This document shows, in pieces, positions 19,799 to 30,218 of a DNA stretch of 64,000 nucleotides (positions within the stretch are counted from its first letter, which is position 1; the number at the start of each line of letters is the position of its first letter). A model generated the notes under the pieces. It was not told the DNA's origin and made no database searches. It saw only the letters and a program-made list of their open reading frames with translations. The stretch is taken from positions 5,408,001 through 5,472,000 of the forward strand of contig OZ240241.1 of the NCBI GenBank assembly GCA_965198115.1, in the 5' to 3' direction. Origin of the DNA: Candidatus Latescibacterota bacterium (GTDB lineage Bacteria > Latescibacterota > UBA2968). A program made the translations under genes and the position numbers.

Positions 19799-20557
19799 AT
19801 GAAGAACGTGCTCGTCCCGGTCTTCGGACTCTTTTTGTTCGGCCTGGCAGCGTGCGGGAGCGCACCCGCTCAACGGCGCCCCACGCCCGCCTACGCCGGA
19901 TCCTCCGTGATCCGAGAAGAGTTCGATCCGCAGACGCTCGACGACAATGATTTCTTGCTTCAGCCGACCGAGGGATTGCCGGTGCAAATCGTTCCTTCGG
20001 CGCCCTCACGGAGCGGGCGGAGGTCGGTGGCGAGAGAGGCGACACGTGGATACCGCATTCAGATCGCCGCCATCATCGACCGGGTTCGCGCCGAAAGCCT
20101 GAAGGGTCGCGCGGAGATTCAGCTCAAGGAGCGTGTCTACGTCGCCTACGACGAGCGCACCCGGTTGTACAAGCTTCACGTCGGGAATTGCAGGACGGCG
20201 GCAGAAGCGGAGACACTCCGGAAGCAGACGAAGGTGAAGGGGTATCCCGAAGCCTTTATCGTCCGATCGCGGATCGAAGTCGCACCTTCGCCCTACCGCC
20301 TCCCCGTCGAGTCGGGGTATCGTGTTCAGATCTTCTCCGCCACGAGCCGGGAGTCGGCGGAACGATCGCTCAAGGAAGCCAAGTCGCGACTCGAACGCGA
20401 AGATGTCTACATCGAATTCGAGCCGCCCTATTTCAAAGTACGTGTCGGGAACTTCAGGTCGAAGTCGGACGCCGACGACTTCCTCAAAACGGCGAGGAAG
20501 AACGGTTACGATACGCCGTTCCCCGTCAAGACCGAGATCCTATCGAACCCCCGATAG
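19799..20557 (+). CDS. SPOR-domain lipoprotein (two SPOR repeats)
   Basis: Lipobox LAAC; GYRIQI...YKLHVGN and GYRVQIF...YFKVRVGNF. Confidence 0.9.
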   Translation: MKNVLVPVFGLFLFGLAACGSAPAQRRPTPAYAGSSVIREEFDPQTLDDNDFLLQPTEGLPVQIVPSAPSRSGRRSVAREATRGYRIQIAAIIDRVRAESLKGRAEIQLKERVYVAYDERTRLYKLHVGNCRTAAEAETLRKQTKVKGYPEAFIVRSRIEVAPSPYRLPVESGYRVQIFSATSRESAERSLKEAKSRLEREDVYIEFEPPYFKVRVGNFRSKSDADDFLKTARKNGYDTPFPVKTEILSNPR

Positions 20558-20593
20558 ATACTCCCCCGACGTCATTCGGTTGAGGACCGGCGA

Positions 20594-22444
20594 TTGCCTT
20601 CTGAACTGAGCGCGGGACGGCGCCGACCCTACCTACTCCTACGTCTTGCGATCCTGGCGCTGACCCTGATCGCGTGTGCCACGTTCGGTGCCAAACAGGC
20701 CGACGAAGCCGAAGTGGCGCCGCCCGTAGCCGTCGAGGAAACGGAGGACGCACCCTATGGGCACGTTCGACGGCTCCTCCATCAGGCCTTCTTCGACCTG
20801 CAGAACGGCCTCAACGGTGCCGCAGCCGATTCACTCGGCCTGGCCGCCGACGCGTTGATTCTCCTGCTGAATCCCGCTGCTTCCTCCGATTCCACCGAAG
20901 TAACTGAACTCACCCACGAAGAACGAGCTGGATTGGCCGGTCTGGTCCGGGCCACCGTTGAACTCTACGACGACGCCCTGCCCCGGGAGGCGCGCCTCGC
21001 TCGAGATCATCCTGCCGCCCGGCTGATTCAATCCCTCTCACCCGCGATCGAGTCGGACCTGCTCCAGCACCCCCGATACAGGGACCTCTATCTCCGAAAA
21101 TTGGCCGGAACGTCCGACGTTCTCATCGACCTGAACGACCGTGTTCGGCAGCAAATACGCTTCTTTCAGACCGACGGTGCGAAGGTCATGCGGACCTGGC
21201 TCCATCGTTCGGGCTCGTACGACGACCTGATCCGAGACGTTCTTCGAGAGGAAAGCCTGCCCGAAGACCTGATCTACCTGAGCATGATCGAGAGCGGGTT
21301 CAACCCAAAGGCCTATTCCAGGGCGCGAGCCGTGGGGCTTTGGCAGTTCATCCGACACACGGGCCGTCTCTATGGGCTCAAAAGCACGACCTGGGTGGAC
21401 GAACGTCGCGATCCCGTCAAGGCCACACACGCCGCTGCCCGACACCTCAAGCATCTCTACAACCTTTTCGGGGACTGGCGACTCGTCATCGCCGCCTACA
21501 ACTGTGGACAGGGCCGCCTCGATCGCGCCGTGCAGCAGGCCGGAACCGAAGACTTTTGGAAACTCGACGCGCTCCCCCGAGAGACGAAGAATCACCTGCC
21601 CAAATTCATGGCCGCCCTCCTGATCTCCCGCGATCCAAGCTTTTTCGGTATCCACGACCTCACGTTCGACCAGCCTCTGCAGTTCGACGTCGTCAAGGTC
21701 TCCGAAGCGGTCGATCTCCGCGTGGGTGCCGAGTGTGCGGGCACCAGCTACGAGCGCCTGCGCACGCTGAACCCCGAGCTGAGACTCGGCTACTCGCCTC
21801 CGCTGCAGCCGCGTCAATTCTACGCCCTCCGGATTCCGCTCGGGACCTCCAACCGGTTCAGGACGCAATACGCACGCGTACCCGAGTCGCGCAAGGTTCA
21901 GGTCGTCGAATACAAGGTGAGGTCCGGTCAGACGGTTTCCCACATTGCACGGGAGCTCGGTGTCTCTTCCCGCGCGATTCTCGACGCGAACGGGATTCGC
22001 GACCCCAGACGTCTGCGTGCCGGTCAAAAGCTCAAGATCCCCGTTCATCCACGGGGCCTCAAGGGTGCGACGCTCCGGGCCAGCGCCGAAACGGACGCCG
22101 GGTCGGGCAGGAAAGTGACCTACCGCGTCCGAAAGGGCGACACTCTGTGGGGAATCGCCAAAAAAATGGGCGTCAAACCACGTCAGATACAGGCGTGGAA
22201 CGAAATCCGGGCGAGGGAGCACATCCATCCCGGAGACCGTCTCACCATTTACAGAACGTCGACTCTGGTAGACGCGATGACCACACACTACCGCGTCCAA
22301 CGGGGTGACACACTCTGGGAAATCGCACGCGCCTTCGGAACGAGTGTGGGTGAACTCAAGCGACTGAACGGCATACAGAACGCGACGAGCCTTCGCGCAG
22401 GCACACGACTCCGCCTGCGTCAGGGCGATGCTCACGTCGAATGA
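20594..22444 (+). CDS. mltD: Lytic transglycosylase with three LysM domains (MltD-like)
   Basis: IESGFNP, AVGLWQFI, AAYNCG SLT motifs; YKVRSGQT, YRVRKGDTLW, YRVQRGDTLW. Confidence 0.88.
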   Translation: MPSELSAGRRRPYLLLRLAILALTLIACATFGAKQADEAEVAPPVAVEETEDAPYGHVRRLLHQAFFDLQNGLNGAAADSLGLAADALILLLNPAASSDSTEVTELTHEERAGLAGLVRATVELYDDALPREARLARDHPAARLIQSLSPAIESDLLQHPRYRDLYLRKLAGTSDVLIDLNDRVRQQIRFFQTDGAKVMRTWLHRSGSYDDLIRDVLREESLPEDLIYLSMIESGFNPKAYSRARAVGLWQFIRHTGRLYGLKSTTWVDERRDPVKATHAAARHLKHLYNLFGDWRLVIAAYNCGQGRLDRAVQQAGTEDFWKLDALPRETKNHLPKFMAALLISRDPSFFGIHDLTFDQPLQFDVVKVSEAVDLRVGAECAGTSYERLRTLNPELRLGYSPPLQPRQFYALRIPLGTSNRFRTQYARVPESRKVQVVEYKVRSGQTVSHIARELGVSSRAILDANGIRDPRRLRAGQKLKIPVHPRGLKGATLRASAETDAGSGRKVTYRVRKGDTLWGIAKKMGVKPRQIQAWNEIRAREHIHPGDRLTIYRTSTLVDAMTTHYRVQRGDTLWEIARAFGTSVGELKRLNGIQNATSLRAGTRLRLRQGDAHVE

Positions 22445-22472
22445 CGCGCCGCCAAGAGGTTCATCTCTGTCG

Positions 22473-22979
22473 ATGACCGTTCTTCGCCACGTGTTGATGA
22501 TGATCCTGGCGCTGCTCGTGCAGACGTCGTGGGCGCACACGCTTCAGTTATTCGGGATACGCCCGGACTTCGTCCTCCTCGTCGTCGTCTATGTAGGAAT
22601 TGTGTCGGGGCAGGTGGAGGCGACGATACTGGGGTTCGTGTCCGGCTTTCTGCTCGACGTCTACAACCCGGCGTTCATGGGCGTGAACGCGCTCGCCAAC
22701 GCCGTCGTCGGGTTCACCGTAGGCTACAGTCGTGAGGACATCGCCGCCGAAGAACTCAGAGTCCAGGGACTGGTCGTGTTTTTTGCCGGCCTGATCCAGA
22801 GCCTGATCTTCTTCGTTTTTTCATCCTTTGCGAACCTGGGCGCCATCCTGCCTGCCTTCTTCCGTTACGGCATCGGATCGGCCCTGTATTCGGCGATCAT
22901 CGGCATCGCACTGCTGCTGGCCGCGTCGGTCAGGTTTCAAGGAGGCCTTCGACTCGATGTTCGAAGACTTCATGAATAA
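22473..22979 (+). CDS. mreD: Rod shape-determining protein MreD
   Basis: IRPDFVLLVV, GFVSGFLLD; hydrophobic; upstream of mrdA. Confidence 0.88.
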   Translation: MTVLRHVLMMILALLVQTSWAHTLQLFGIRPDFVLLVVVYVGIVSGQVEATILGFVSGFLLDVYNPAFMGVNALANAVVGFTVGYSREDIAAEELRVQGLVVFFAGLIQSLIFFVFSSFANLGAILPAFFRYGIGSALYSAIIGIALLLAASVRFQGGLRLDVRRLHE

Positions 22980-24756
22980 CGGAACACGCGAGCGACAGGC
23001 GAAATGCCTGCTCGGCTTCGTGTTCGTGCTGTTCGGCGTTCTGGGCGTCCGCCTCTATTCTCTGCAGATCGGGGATTGGGAGCGATACCGGATACAGTCC
23101 GAAAAGAACACCATGCAGCCTGTCCCCCTCGTGGCCAGCAGGGGGCTGATCCGGGATCGACACGGTCGCATCGTCGTCGAAAACCGACCCTCCTACAGCA
23201 TCTCTGTCGTTCCGCCGCGTTTCCTAAAAGGCCTGCAGCCCGAGGCCAGAGCCCAGGGTATCAACCGCCTGAGCCGTCTCGTCGACCTCCCCGAGACGCT
23301 CGTGGAGCGCAAGCTCTCCAAGCGAAAACGGCATTACTACGAGCCCGTCAAGCTCAAACGGGATGTACGATTCGGAACCGTTTCCGTCGTCGAGGAAGAG
23401 CGCTACGACCTGACTGGCGTGGAAATACAGGTCGAGGCCAGACGCGGCTACCCGGAACTCGGAATCGGCGGCACGATTGCGCCCCACCTGCTCGGTTACG
23501 TCGGACTGATCGACCCCGACGAATACCCCCGCATGGCGGCAAAGGGCTACAGCTACGACGACCAGATCGGGAAGCGCGGGATCGAACGTCTGTGCGAGCC
23601 GCAGCTGCGCGGGCGCGACGGGCTCAAGTACATCGAGGTGAACGCCCACGGCCGCGAGGTCGGCAATTTCCCCGACAAGACACAACCTCCGATTCCGGGT
23701 CAGGACATCATCCTCACGCTCGACACACGGCTCCAGCAGGAGGCCGAAGCCGTGTTCGGCGACTCGCTGTCGGGCAGCCTGATCGCCCTCGACCCGTGGA
23801 CCGGCGAAGTCCTGGCCATGGTGAGCAAACCGGACTTCCATCCGCGAGCCATTCGGGACGAGACGGCCTGGGACCGGCTGACGAAGGACGATCTCAAACC
23901 GCTCCTCAACCGGTCGATCCAGGGTCTCTACGCCCCTGCGTCCGTGTTCAAGATGGTCATCTCGGTCGCGGCACTCGAAATGGGCATCCTGCATCCGGAT
24001 CAAGTTCGCTTCCCGCCGTGCCAGGGAGCCCTCGAATTCGGAGATCGTGTGTTTCACTGTCACGTCAAAGGGGGATGCGGGGAACTCACACTCCGTGGCG
24101 CTCTCATACGGTCGTGCGACGTCTTCTTCTATCACCTCGGTCGCGACGTCGGCATCGCGAACTGGCACCGCTACGCCCGCCGATTCGGCTTTGGCACCCC
24201 GACTCACATCGACATCGCCCGAGGTGGCGACGGGGAATCGCGTGGTCTTCTGCCCGACAGGGTTTACTATGAGCAACACCGGGGCAAGTGGTTCGAAGGG
24301 AACATGCTGAATCTCGCGATCGGCCAGGGCGAGACGCTCGTCACACCCGTGCAGATCGCACGATACAACGCGGCGCTGGCCACGGGCGTGCTCACGACAC
24401 CCCACCTCTTGCGTCACACCGACCCCGCCGGCTTGTCCCTGACCGACGTAGAAGTCTCACCGCAGACGCTCGACTACATTCGCGCCATTCTGGCCGACGT
24501 CGTATCGCATCCCTTCGGGACGGGCCGACGCGCCCGCATCGAGGGTGTCGAGATCGCCGGGAAAACCGGCACGGCCGAAAACTCGCACGGCGAAGACCAC
24601 GCCTGGTTCGTGGCCTACGCCCCATCCAAGCAACCCGAGATCGCCGTCACGATCCTCGTCGAGAACGGGGGCCAGGGTGGGGCCGTAGCCGGTCCCATGG
24701 CCAAACGCCTGCTCGAAACCTATTTCGAGATCCGAAAAAGAGGCACAGGGCATTAA
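22957..24756 (+). CDS. mrdA: Penicillin-binding protein 2
   Basis: RGLIRDR, ASVFK, SCD, KTGTA; RBS AAGGAGG before ATG 22957. Confidence 0.94.
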   Translation: MFEDFMNNGTRERQAKCLLGFVFVLFGVLGVRLYSLQIGDWERYRIQSEKNTMQPVPLVASRGLIRDRHGRIVVENRPSYSISVVPPRFLKGLQPEARAQGINRLSRLVDLPETLVERKLSKRKRHYYEPVKLKRDVRFGTVSVVEEERYDLTGVEIQVEARRGYPELGIGGTIAPHLLGYVGLIDPDEYPRMAAKGYSYDDQIGKRGIERLCEPQLRGRDGLKYIEVNAHGREVGNFPDKTQPPIPGQDIILTLDTRLQQEAEAVFGDSLSGSLIALDPWTGEVLAMVSKPDFHPRAIRDETAWDRLTKDDLKPLLNRSIQGLYAPASVFKMVISVAALEMGILHPDQVRFPPCQGALEFGDRVFHCHVKGGCGELTLRGALIRSCDVFFYHLGRDVGIANWHRYARRFGFGTPTHIDIARGGDGESRGLLPDRVYYEQHRGKWFEGNMLNLAIGQGETLVTPVQIARYNAALATGVLTTPHLLRHTDPAGLSLTDVEVSPQTLDYIRAILADVVSHPFGTGRRARIEGVEIAGKTGTAENSHGEDHAWFVAYAPSKQPEIAVTILVENGGQGGAVAGPMAKRLLETYFEIRKRGTGH

Positions 24757-24843
24757 GGTAGCCGCGAGTCTGTCTCCGAACGGCACGCCGACATCGGCGC
24801 CCCACATCAGGGAAACTCGAATGACCGGAGCAACCCGATAGGC

Positions 24844-26064
24844 ATGAGCGTCACACGGTTCATACAGCGGGACCTCGACCTCGGTCTGGTCACGACCGTC
24901 CTCGCCGCCACACTGATCGGCATCACGATGATCTACAGCGCGACGTTCGACTGGGACCTCGGGACAGCAGGAACCACCTACCAGAAGCAGATCCTGTGGG
25001 CTTTCATCGCGCTAGCCGGAATGGCCCTGACCATCGTCATACCCCCCAAGCTCTACTACGCTTTCGCCTACATCATCTACGGGGTCGCCATCACAGTGCT
25101 CCTGCTCGTCCTGGAAGTCGGCGACAGGCGCTGGTTCAACTTTGGGCCGATCCACGTGCAGCCCTCGGAGCTGGCCAAAATCGCCACGGTCCTGGCCATC
25201 GCACGCTACCTGTCCTCCAGCAACCTGGACCTCGATCGCGTCAAGACCTTCATCGCACCCGCGCTCCTCGTGCTCCTCCCAGCCGTACTCGTCTACAAAC
25301 AACCCGACCTGGGAACCGCCCTCGTGTTCGGCGCGGTACTTTTCCCCATGCTCTACTGGGCGGGGCTGAGGCCGGTCAACATCTTCTTCATCGTCTCCCC
25401 CGGTCTGAGCCTGATCTGCGCGTTCCACCACTGGTCGCTGGGCCTTCTCTACCTCGCGATGATCGTCGTCGTGTTCCAGGTTCGCCCCCGACTGTCCACG
25501 ATGGCGATCCTGGGCGCCCTGAACCTCGCCGTGGCCATCGGTGCGCCCTACATCTGGGACAACAAGCTCCACGACTACCAGAAGGACCGAATCCTGACCT
25601 TCCTCAATCCCGATACCGATCGACTCGGCGGCGGTTATCAGGTCATTCAATCGAAGGTGGCCATTGGATCGGGCGGTCTGAAAGGGAAGGGCTATCTGCA
25701 GGGTACGCAGACCAAACTCGCCTTCCTGCCCGAGCAGCATACCGATTTCGTCTTCTCCGTCGTCGGAGAAGAATTCGGGTTCGTCGGTGCCGTCACCATC
25801 CTTCTCCTCTTCTTCTTCATCGTATGGCGGGCGCTTCAGATCGCCACGACCGTCAAAAGCCGGTTCTCGAGTCTCGTGGCCATCGGCCTGACCGCCATTC
25901 TCGTGTTCCACATCTTCGTCAACATCGGCATGACCATCGGCGTGATGCCCGTGACTGGACTGCCCCTGCCATTTCTCAGCTATGGAGGCTCGCCCCTCGT
26001 CATGAGCATGGCCCTCATCGGCTTTCTCCTCAACGTCCACGGACGACGGCACGAATACTACTGA
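24844..26064 (+). CDS. rodA: Rod shape-determining SEDS protein RodA
   Basis: QPSELAK, QPDLGTA, FLPEQHTDF, PLPFLSYGGS. Confidence 0.94.
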   Translation: MSVTRFIQRDLDLGLVTTVLAATLIGITMIYSATFDWDLGTAGTTYQKQILWAFIALAGMALTIVIPPKLYYAFAYIIYGVAITVLLLVLEVGDRRWFNFGPIHVQPSELAKIATVLAIARYLSSSNLDLDRVKTFIAPALLVLLPAVLVYKQPDLGTALVFGAVLFPMLYWAGLRPVNIFFIVSPGLSLICAFHHWSLGLLYLAMIVVVFQVRPRLSTMAILGALNLAVAIGAPYIWDNKLHDYQKDRILTFLNPDTDRLGGGYQVIQSKVAIGSGGLKGKGYLQGTQTKLAFLPEQHTDFVFSVVGEEFGFVGAVTILLLFFFIVWRALQIATTVKSRFSSLVAIGLTAILVFHIFVNIGMTIGVMPVTGLPLPFLSYGGSPLVMSMALIGFLLNVHGRRHEYY

Positions 26065-26085
26065 GTCACCGATCACGCCAATAGA

Positions 26086-26121
26086 GAAGCGGCCTGCGAG
26101 GAAAATCTCACAGGCCGCTTT
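26086..26121 (+). terminator. Terminator after rodA
   Basis: GAAGCGGCCTGCGAG-gaaaat-CTCACAGGCCGCTTT. Confidence 0.7.
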
Positions 26122-26170
26122 CATATGTGATCGGAACAGCACCACCCTACCATGGCGCTCGCCCATACAC

Positions 26171-26201
26171 CAAAACGTCCCCGTGCGGGAGCACGGGGAC
26201 G
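26171..26201 (-). terminator. Terminator for the dnaE transcript
   Basis: CGTCCCCGTGC-ggga-GCACGGGGACG with TTTT following on the minus strand. Confidence 0.65.
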
Positions 26202-26312
26202 AGCGTGACGCTTTGTTTCTTTGATTAAATCAAATGGCGAACCGCTCGCCCCTGGGCTCTGCCCGGGGGCGCTGTTCCAGAGGCCATTGACTGGCGGCCC
26301 GCTTGGGCCGGG

Positions 26313-29300
26313 CTACGGGGCTGCCGGAACCGGTGACCCGTTCGCCCTGGCAGACCGCCTCGCCCTGACGGTCTCCGACGAGACCCACGACCGCGCTCCA
26401 GTGTTCGCGTCGATTTCTGAAAAAAGCGCTTCGGAGGGCAATACCTTCAGGTCGCGCGATCGGATCACCGTCCGCTGGGCGTCATCGATTTCCACGTGGA
26501 GAAACACCGAGCACGATCCCTCGTGACGCGCAAAAATGTCCCGGAGCACCTCCAGCTTCTCGTCCGTCAGATTGGGCCCCGACAACAACACGTTCACCGC
26601 GTCTGCCAGTTCTTCACGAGCTTGCTCGAGCGGGGTCAACTCCTCGACCTGCACGGAAAAACGTCCGTTCCGGTCCGACACGCGACCGTGCAGCGCGACC
26701 GTGGCATCCACGACGAAATCCGCTTTGATCTTCTCGAACGCGTCGGGAAACACGACCAACTCGACGGCGCCCTCGAGATCCTCCATCGCGCCGAAAGCCA
26801 TGGGACGACCATTCCGATCCGTGTGGCGCTTGAACTCCGTGATGAGACCGCCCAGCTTGATGCTCGCCCCGTCCGGCAGCCCGGACAGCTGTGTCGACGT
26901 CTTCAGACCGATATTCTCCAGGTCGCCACGGAACTTCTCCAGCGGATGGCCCGAAAGGTAGAACCCCAGAACCTCCTTCTCCCTGGCCAGCCGCTCCCGA
27001 TCGCTCCACTCCGCCACGTCGGGTAGCTCCGTGTTCGTGACCAGAGCGGCCTGCGCTTCCAACCCTTCGCCCCCAAACAGCGAAAATTGCCCCTTTGCCC
27101 GGTCGGCCTGGGCGTTCTGCGCCATCTCCAGAGCCCGGTCGAGCGCTTCGAAGAGTTGCCCTCGATGCCCGGACAGACAGTCGAGCGCACCGGCACAGAC
27201 GAGACTCTCGATCGCCCGTCTGTTGACGGCCCGCAGATCGATTCGCTCACAAAGGTCAAACAGGCTCTCGAACGGACCGTCCTCCTCACGCGCGGCCACG
27301 ATCGCCTCGACCGCACCGCGTCCCACATTCCGGACCGCTGCCATCCCCATGCGGACACTCGAATCGATAGCTAAAAAATCGACCGTGCTCTCGTTCACGT
27401 CCGGCGGCAGGACCTCGAGACCCATCCGACGACACTCCTCGACCAAGACGACCAGTCGATCGATATCCCCGATCTCGCTGTTCAGGTTCGCCGCCATGAA
27501 GTCTGCCGGATAGTGTGCCTTGAGGTAGGCACACTGATAGGCGACCATCGAATAGCCCGAGCTGTGCGCCTTGTTGAAACCGTAACCGGAGAAAACTTCG
27601 ATGTCGGACCAGACCCGTTCGCTGATCTCTCGTGAAACACCGTTCTTCTCGCACCCGTCCAAAAAGTCCGCCCGGTATTCCTCCATCACCTCCGCGAGCT
27701 TCTTCCCCATCGCCTTCCGGATCCCGTCGGCCTTGCCCAGCGTGAACCCTGCCAGGTCGCGACAGAGCCGCTGCACCTGCTCCTGGTAGGTGATGATGCC
27801 GTGGGTCTCCTCTAGCGACGGCCGCATCCGGTCGTGATCGTAAGTGACGGCCTCGCGCCCGTTCTTTCGGTCGATGTAGTTGGGGATGTATTTCATCGGG
27901 CCGGGCCGATACAGCGCGTTCATAGCGATAATGTCGCCAATCTTGTCCGGCTTGAGTTGGGTCAGGTAATTCCTCATACCCGGTGATTCGAACTGGAACA
28001 CCCCCGTCGTCTCCCCCCGCCCGAAGAGGGCGTAGGTCTCCTCGTCGTTAAGCGGAAGATCGTCCACGTCCAGCTCCACACTGTGATTCTCCTTCAACAT
28101 CGCGACCGTATCGCTGATGACCGTCAGGTTGCGCAGCCCGAGGAAATCCATCTTGAGGAAGCCCAGATCCTCGACGTGGTGCCAGTTGTACTGCGTCATT
28201 ACCTCCCCACCCTTCGGTGCTTTGTAGAGAGGTAAGAGCTCCGTCAACGGCTTGGGCGCGATGACGACCGCCGCGGCGTGAATCGAGCAGTGCCGGGCCA
28301 TCCCCTCGAGCTTTCGAGCGATCTCCAGCAGCTTCTGGCCCTGATCCCCGTCGACCGACAGCGCCTTCAGTTCGGGAGACTGCTCGATCGCCTTGTCGAC
28401 CGTCATTTTCAGCTCGGCCGGCACCATCTTGGCCACTCGGTCCACCTCCCCGAACGGCATGTTCATCACTCGCCCGACGTCCCGAATCACGGCTTTCGCA
28501 CCCATCGTACCGAACGTGATGATCTGACACACGTTGTCGCGTCCGTATTTTTCCACGACGTATTCAATGACCCGCTCGCGGTCACGATCGGCGATGTCAT
28601 AGTCGATGTCGGGAGGCGAGATGCGGTCGGGGTTCAGGAAGCGTTCGAACACCAGTTCGTATTCGAGGGGATCGACGGTCGTGATCTCCAGAGCGTAGCT
28701 CACCAGACTGCTGACCGCCGACCCGCGTCCACCCGCCCGGATTTCATTTTCTCGACAGAAGTCGACCAGGTCTCCCAGAATTAAAAAGTAACCGGGATAA
28801 CCGGTCTGCTGAATCACGTCGAGCTCGAACGTCAGCCGCTCTTCGTATTCGGGTGTGATCCTCCCGATTCGATCCTCCAAGCCCTTGCGCGCCCGATGCT
28901 CCAGGTAGACCAGAGGATCGTCGAAACCCGCCGGCAGCGGAAAGTCGGGGGCGTGGGATTCCTCGAATGACATTTCAAAATGGCACTTGTCCGCAATCTC
29001 CACGGTCTGCTCGCACGCGTGGGGCAGGTCGTGGAACAGCGTGTACATCTCTTCGGCCGATTTGAAATAGACCCCCGACGGATAGCACATCCGATTTGGA
29101 TCGTCGAGCGTCTTGCCTGTCTGAATGGCCACGAGGGCGGCGTGGGCCTCGTGGTCCTCTTCTCGCAGAAAGTGAGAATCGTTCGTCGCGACGAGTGGAA
29201 TACCCATCTCTTTATGAAGCTTCAGCAACCCGTCGTTGATCTTCTCCTCTTTGTCGATCCCGTGACGCTGAATTTCCAGATAAAAGTCATCCCCGAAGAT

Positions 29301-29804
29301 GTCGACGTAGTCTTCGGCTGCCTTTTGGGCCTCCCCAACGCCCTCCCGCTCGATCAGATGCGGAATCTCACCGCTCACACAGGCCGACAGACAAACCAGC
29401 CCCTCCGAGTGCGCGCGCAGCAACTCCCTGTCGATCCGTGGGGCGTAGTAAAAGCCCTCCAGGTAACCCGATGACACGAGCTTGGTCAGATTCTTGTAGC
29501 CGACCTCATTCTTGACGAGCAACACGAGATGGTTGGACGCACTCTGAATGCCACGCGCCAGCTTTTTCGAAAATCGGCTCTCGATCGCGCAGTAGACTTC
29601 ACACCCGATGATCGGTTTGACATCGGCCTCCCGCATGCCCCGGTAAAAATCGATCGCGCCAAAGAGATTTCCGTGATCCGTCATCGCGACGGCGGGCATT
29701 CCCCACTCTGCTGCCCGCTCTGCGATGGACCCGATCTTGCTCGCACCGTCGAGCAGACTGTATTCGGTGTGGCTGTGCAGATGTACGAAGTCAGATGCGG
29801 CCAT
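26313..29804 (-). CDS. dnaE: DNA polymerase III alpha subunit
   Basis: FVHLHSHTEYSLLDGA PHP domain, PDIDYD, YGFNKAHS; start ATG 29804 preferred. Confidence 0.97.
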   Translation of the reverse strand: MAASDFVHLHSHTEYSLLDGASKIGSIAERAAEWGMPAVAMTDHGNLFGAIDFYRGMREADVKPIIGCEVYCAIESRFSKKLARGIQSASNHLVLLVKNEVGYKNLTKLVSSGYLEGFYYAPRIDRELLRAHSEGLVCLSACVSGEIPHLIEREGVGEAQKAAEDYVDIFGDDFYLEIQRHGIDKEEKINDGLLKLHKEMGIPLVATNDSHFLREEDHEAHAALVAIQTGKTLDDPNRMCYPSGVYFKSAEEMYTLFHDLPHACEQTVEIADKCHFEMSFEESHAPDFPLPAGFDDPLVYLEHRARKGLEDRIGRITPEYEERLTFELDVIQQTGYPGYFLILGDLVDFCRENEIRAGGRGSAVSSLVSYALEITTVDPLEYELVFERFLNPDRISPPDIDYDIADRDRERVIEYVVEKYGRDNVCQIITFGTMGAKAVIRDVGRVMNMPFGEVDRVAKMVPAELKMTVDKAIEQSPELKALSVDGDQGQKLLEIARKLEGMARHCSIHAAAVVIAPKPLTELLPLYKAPKGGEVMTQYNWHHVEDLGFLKMDFLGLRNLTVISDTVAMLKENHSVELDVDDLPLNDEETYALFGRGETTGVFQFESPGMRNYLTQLKPDKIGDIIAMNALYRPGPMKYIPNYIDRKNGREAVTYDHDRMRPSLEETHGIITYQEQVQRLCRDLAGFTLGKADGIRKAMGKKLAEVMEEYRADFLDGCEKNGVSREISERVWSDIEVFSGYGFNKAHSSGYSMVAYQCAYLKAHYPADFMAANLNSEIGDIDRLVVLVEECRRMGLEVLPPDVNESTVDFLAIDSSVRMGMAAVRNVGRGAVEAIVAAREEDGPFESLFDLCERIDLRAVNRRAIESLVCAGALDCLSGHRGQLFEALDRALEMAQNAQADRAKGQFSLFGGEGLEAQAALVTNTELPDVAEWSDRERLAREKEVLGFYLSGHPLEKFRGDLENIGLKTSTQLSGLPDGASIKLGGLITEFKRHTDRNGRPMAFGAMEDLEGAVELVVFPDAFEKIKADFVVDATVALHGRVSDRNGRFSVQVEELTPLEQAREELADAVNVLLSGPNLTDEKLEVLRDIFARHEGSCSVFLHVEIDDAQRTVIRSRDLKVLPSEALFSEIDANTGARSWVSSETVRARRSARANGSPVPAAP

Positions 29805-30107
29805 TGGATCTCCGCCTACGCTGAAGAGGTGTTGGAAAACTTGGGAGCAACCAGGGAGTCGTGTGATAAACGCCGCGAGAAAAATTTGGCCGGGGTCGGC
29901 CGTGCGGCGGCTGGCGGGCGAGAGGGAGGCCCGCTGAGGAGGAATGTAGTCCACGCCACCCGAATGTCAATCTTCATCGCTAAACCGGAAAAACCTGACG
30001 CATCGGGCGAAAGAACGGGCATAAATTTCTCGCACCGAGCTGCAAAAAGAGTGCAAAAAACCATCCCAAGGTGAACGATTTCAATCAGTTATACTCATTC
30101 TTCCAAA

Positions 30108-30218
30108 TTGGCACGCGTCTTGTTTAGGTTCTCTCTGACTCTGAGTGGTACCGATTGGTCAAGCCCCCTCCGGCGGCGGTAGGAACCCTTTGTGGTGACC
30201 GAAACCGGGGGGTTTTTT
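30108..30218 (+). ncRNA. Candidate sigma54-driven small RNA with terminator
   Basis: TTGGCACGCGTCTTGT (-24/-12-like), ~85 nt non-coding, GC hairpin AAGCCCCCTCCGG...CCGGGGGGTTTTTT. Confidence 0.4.
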
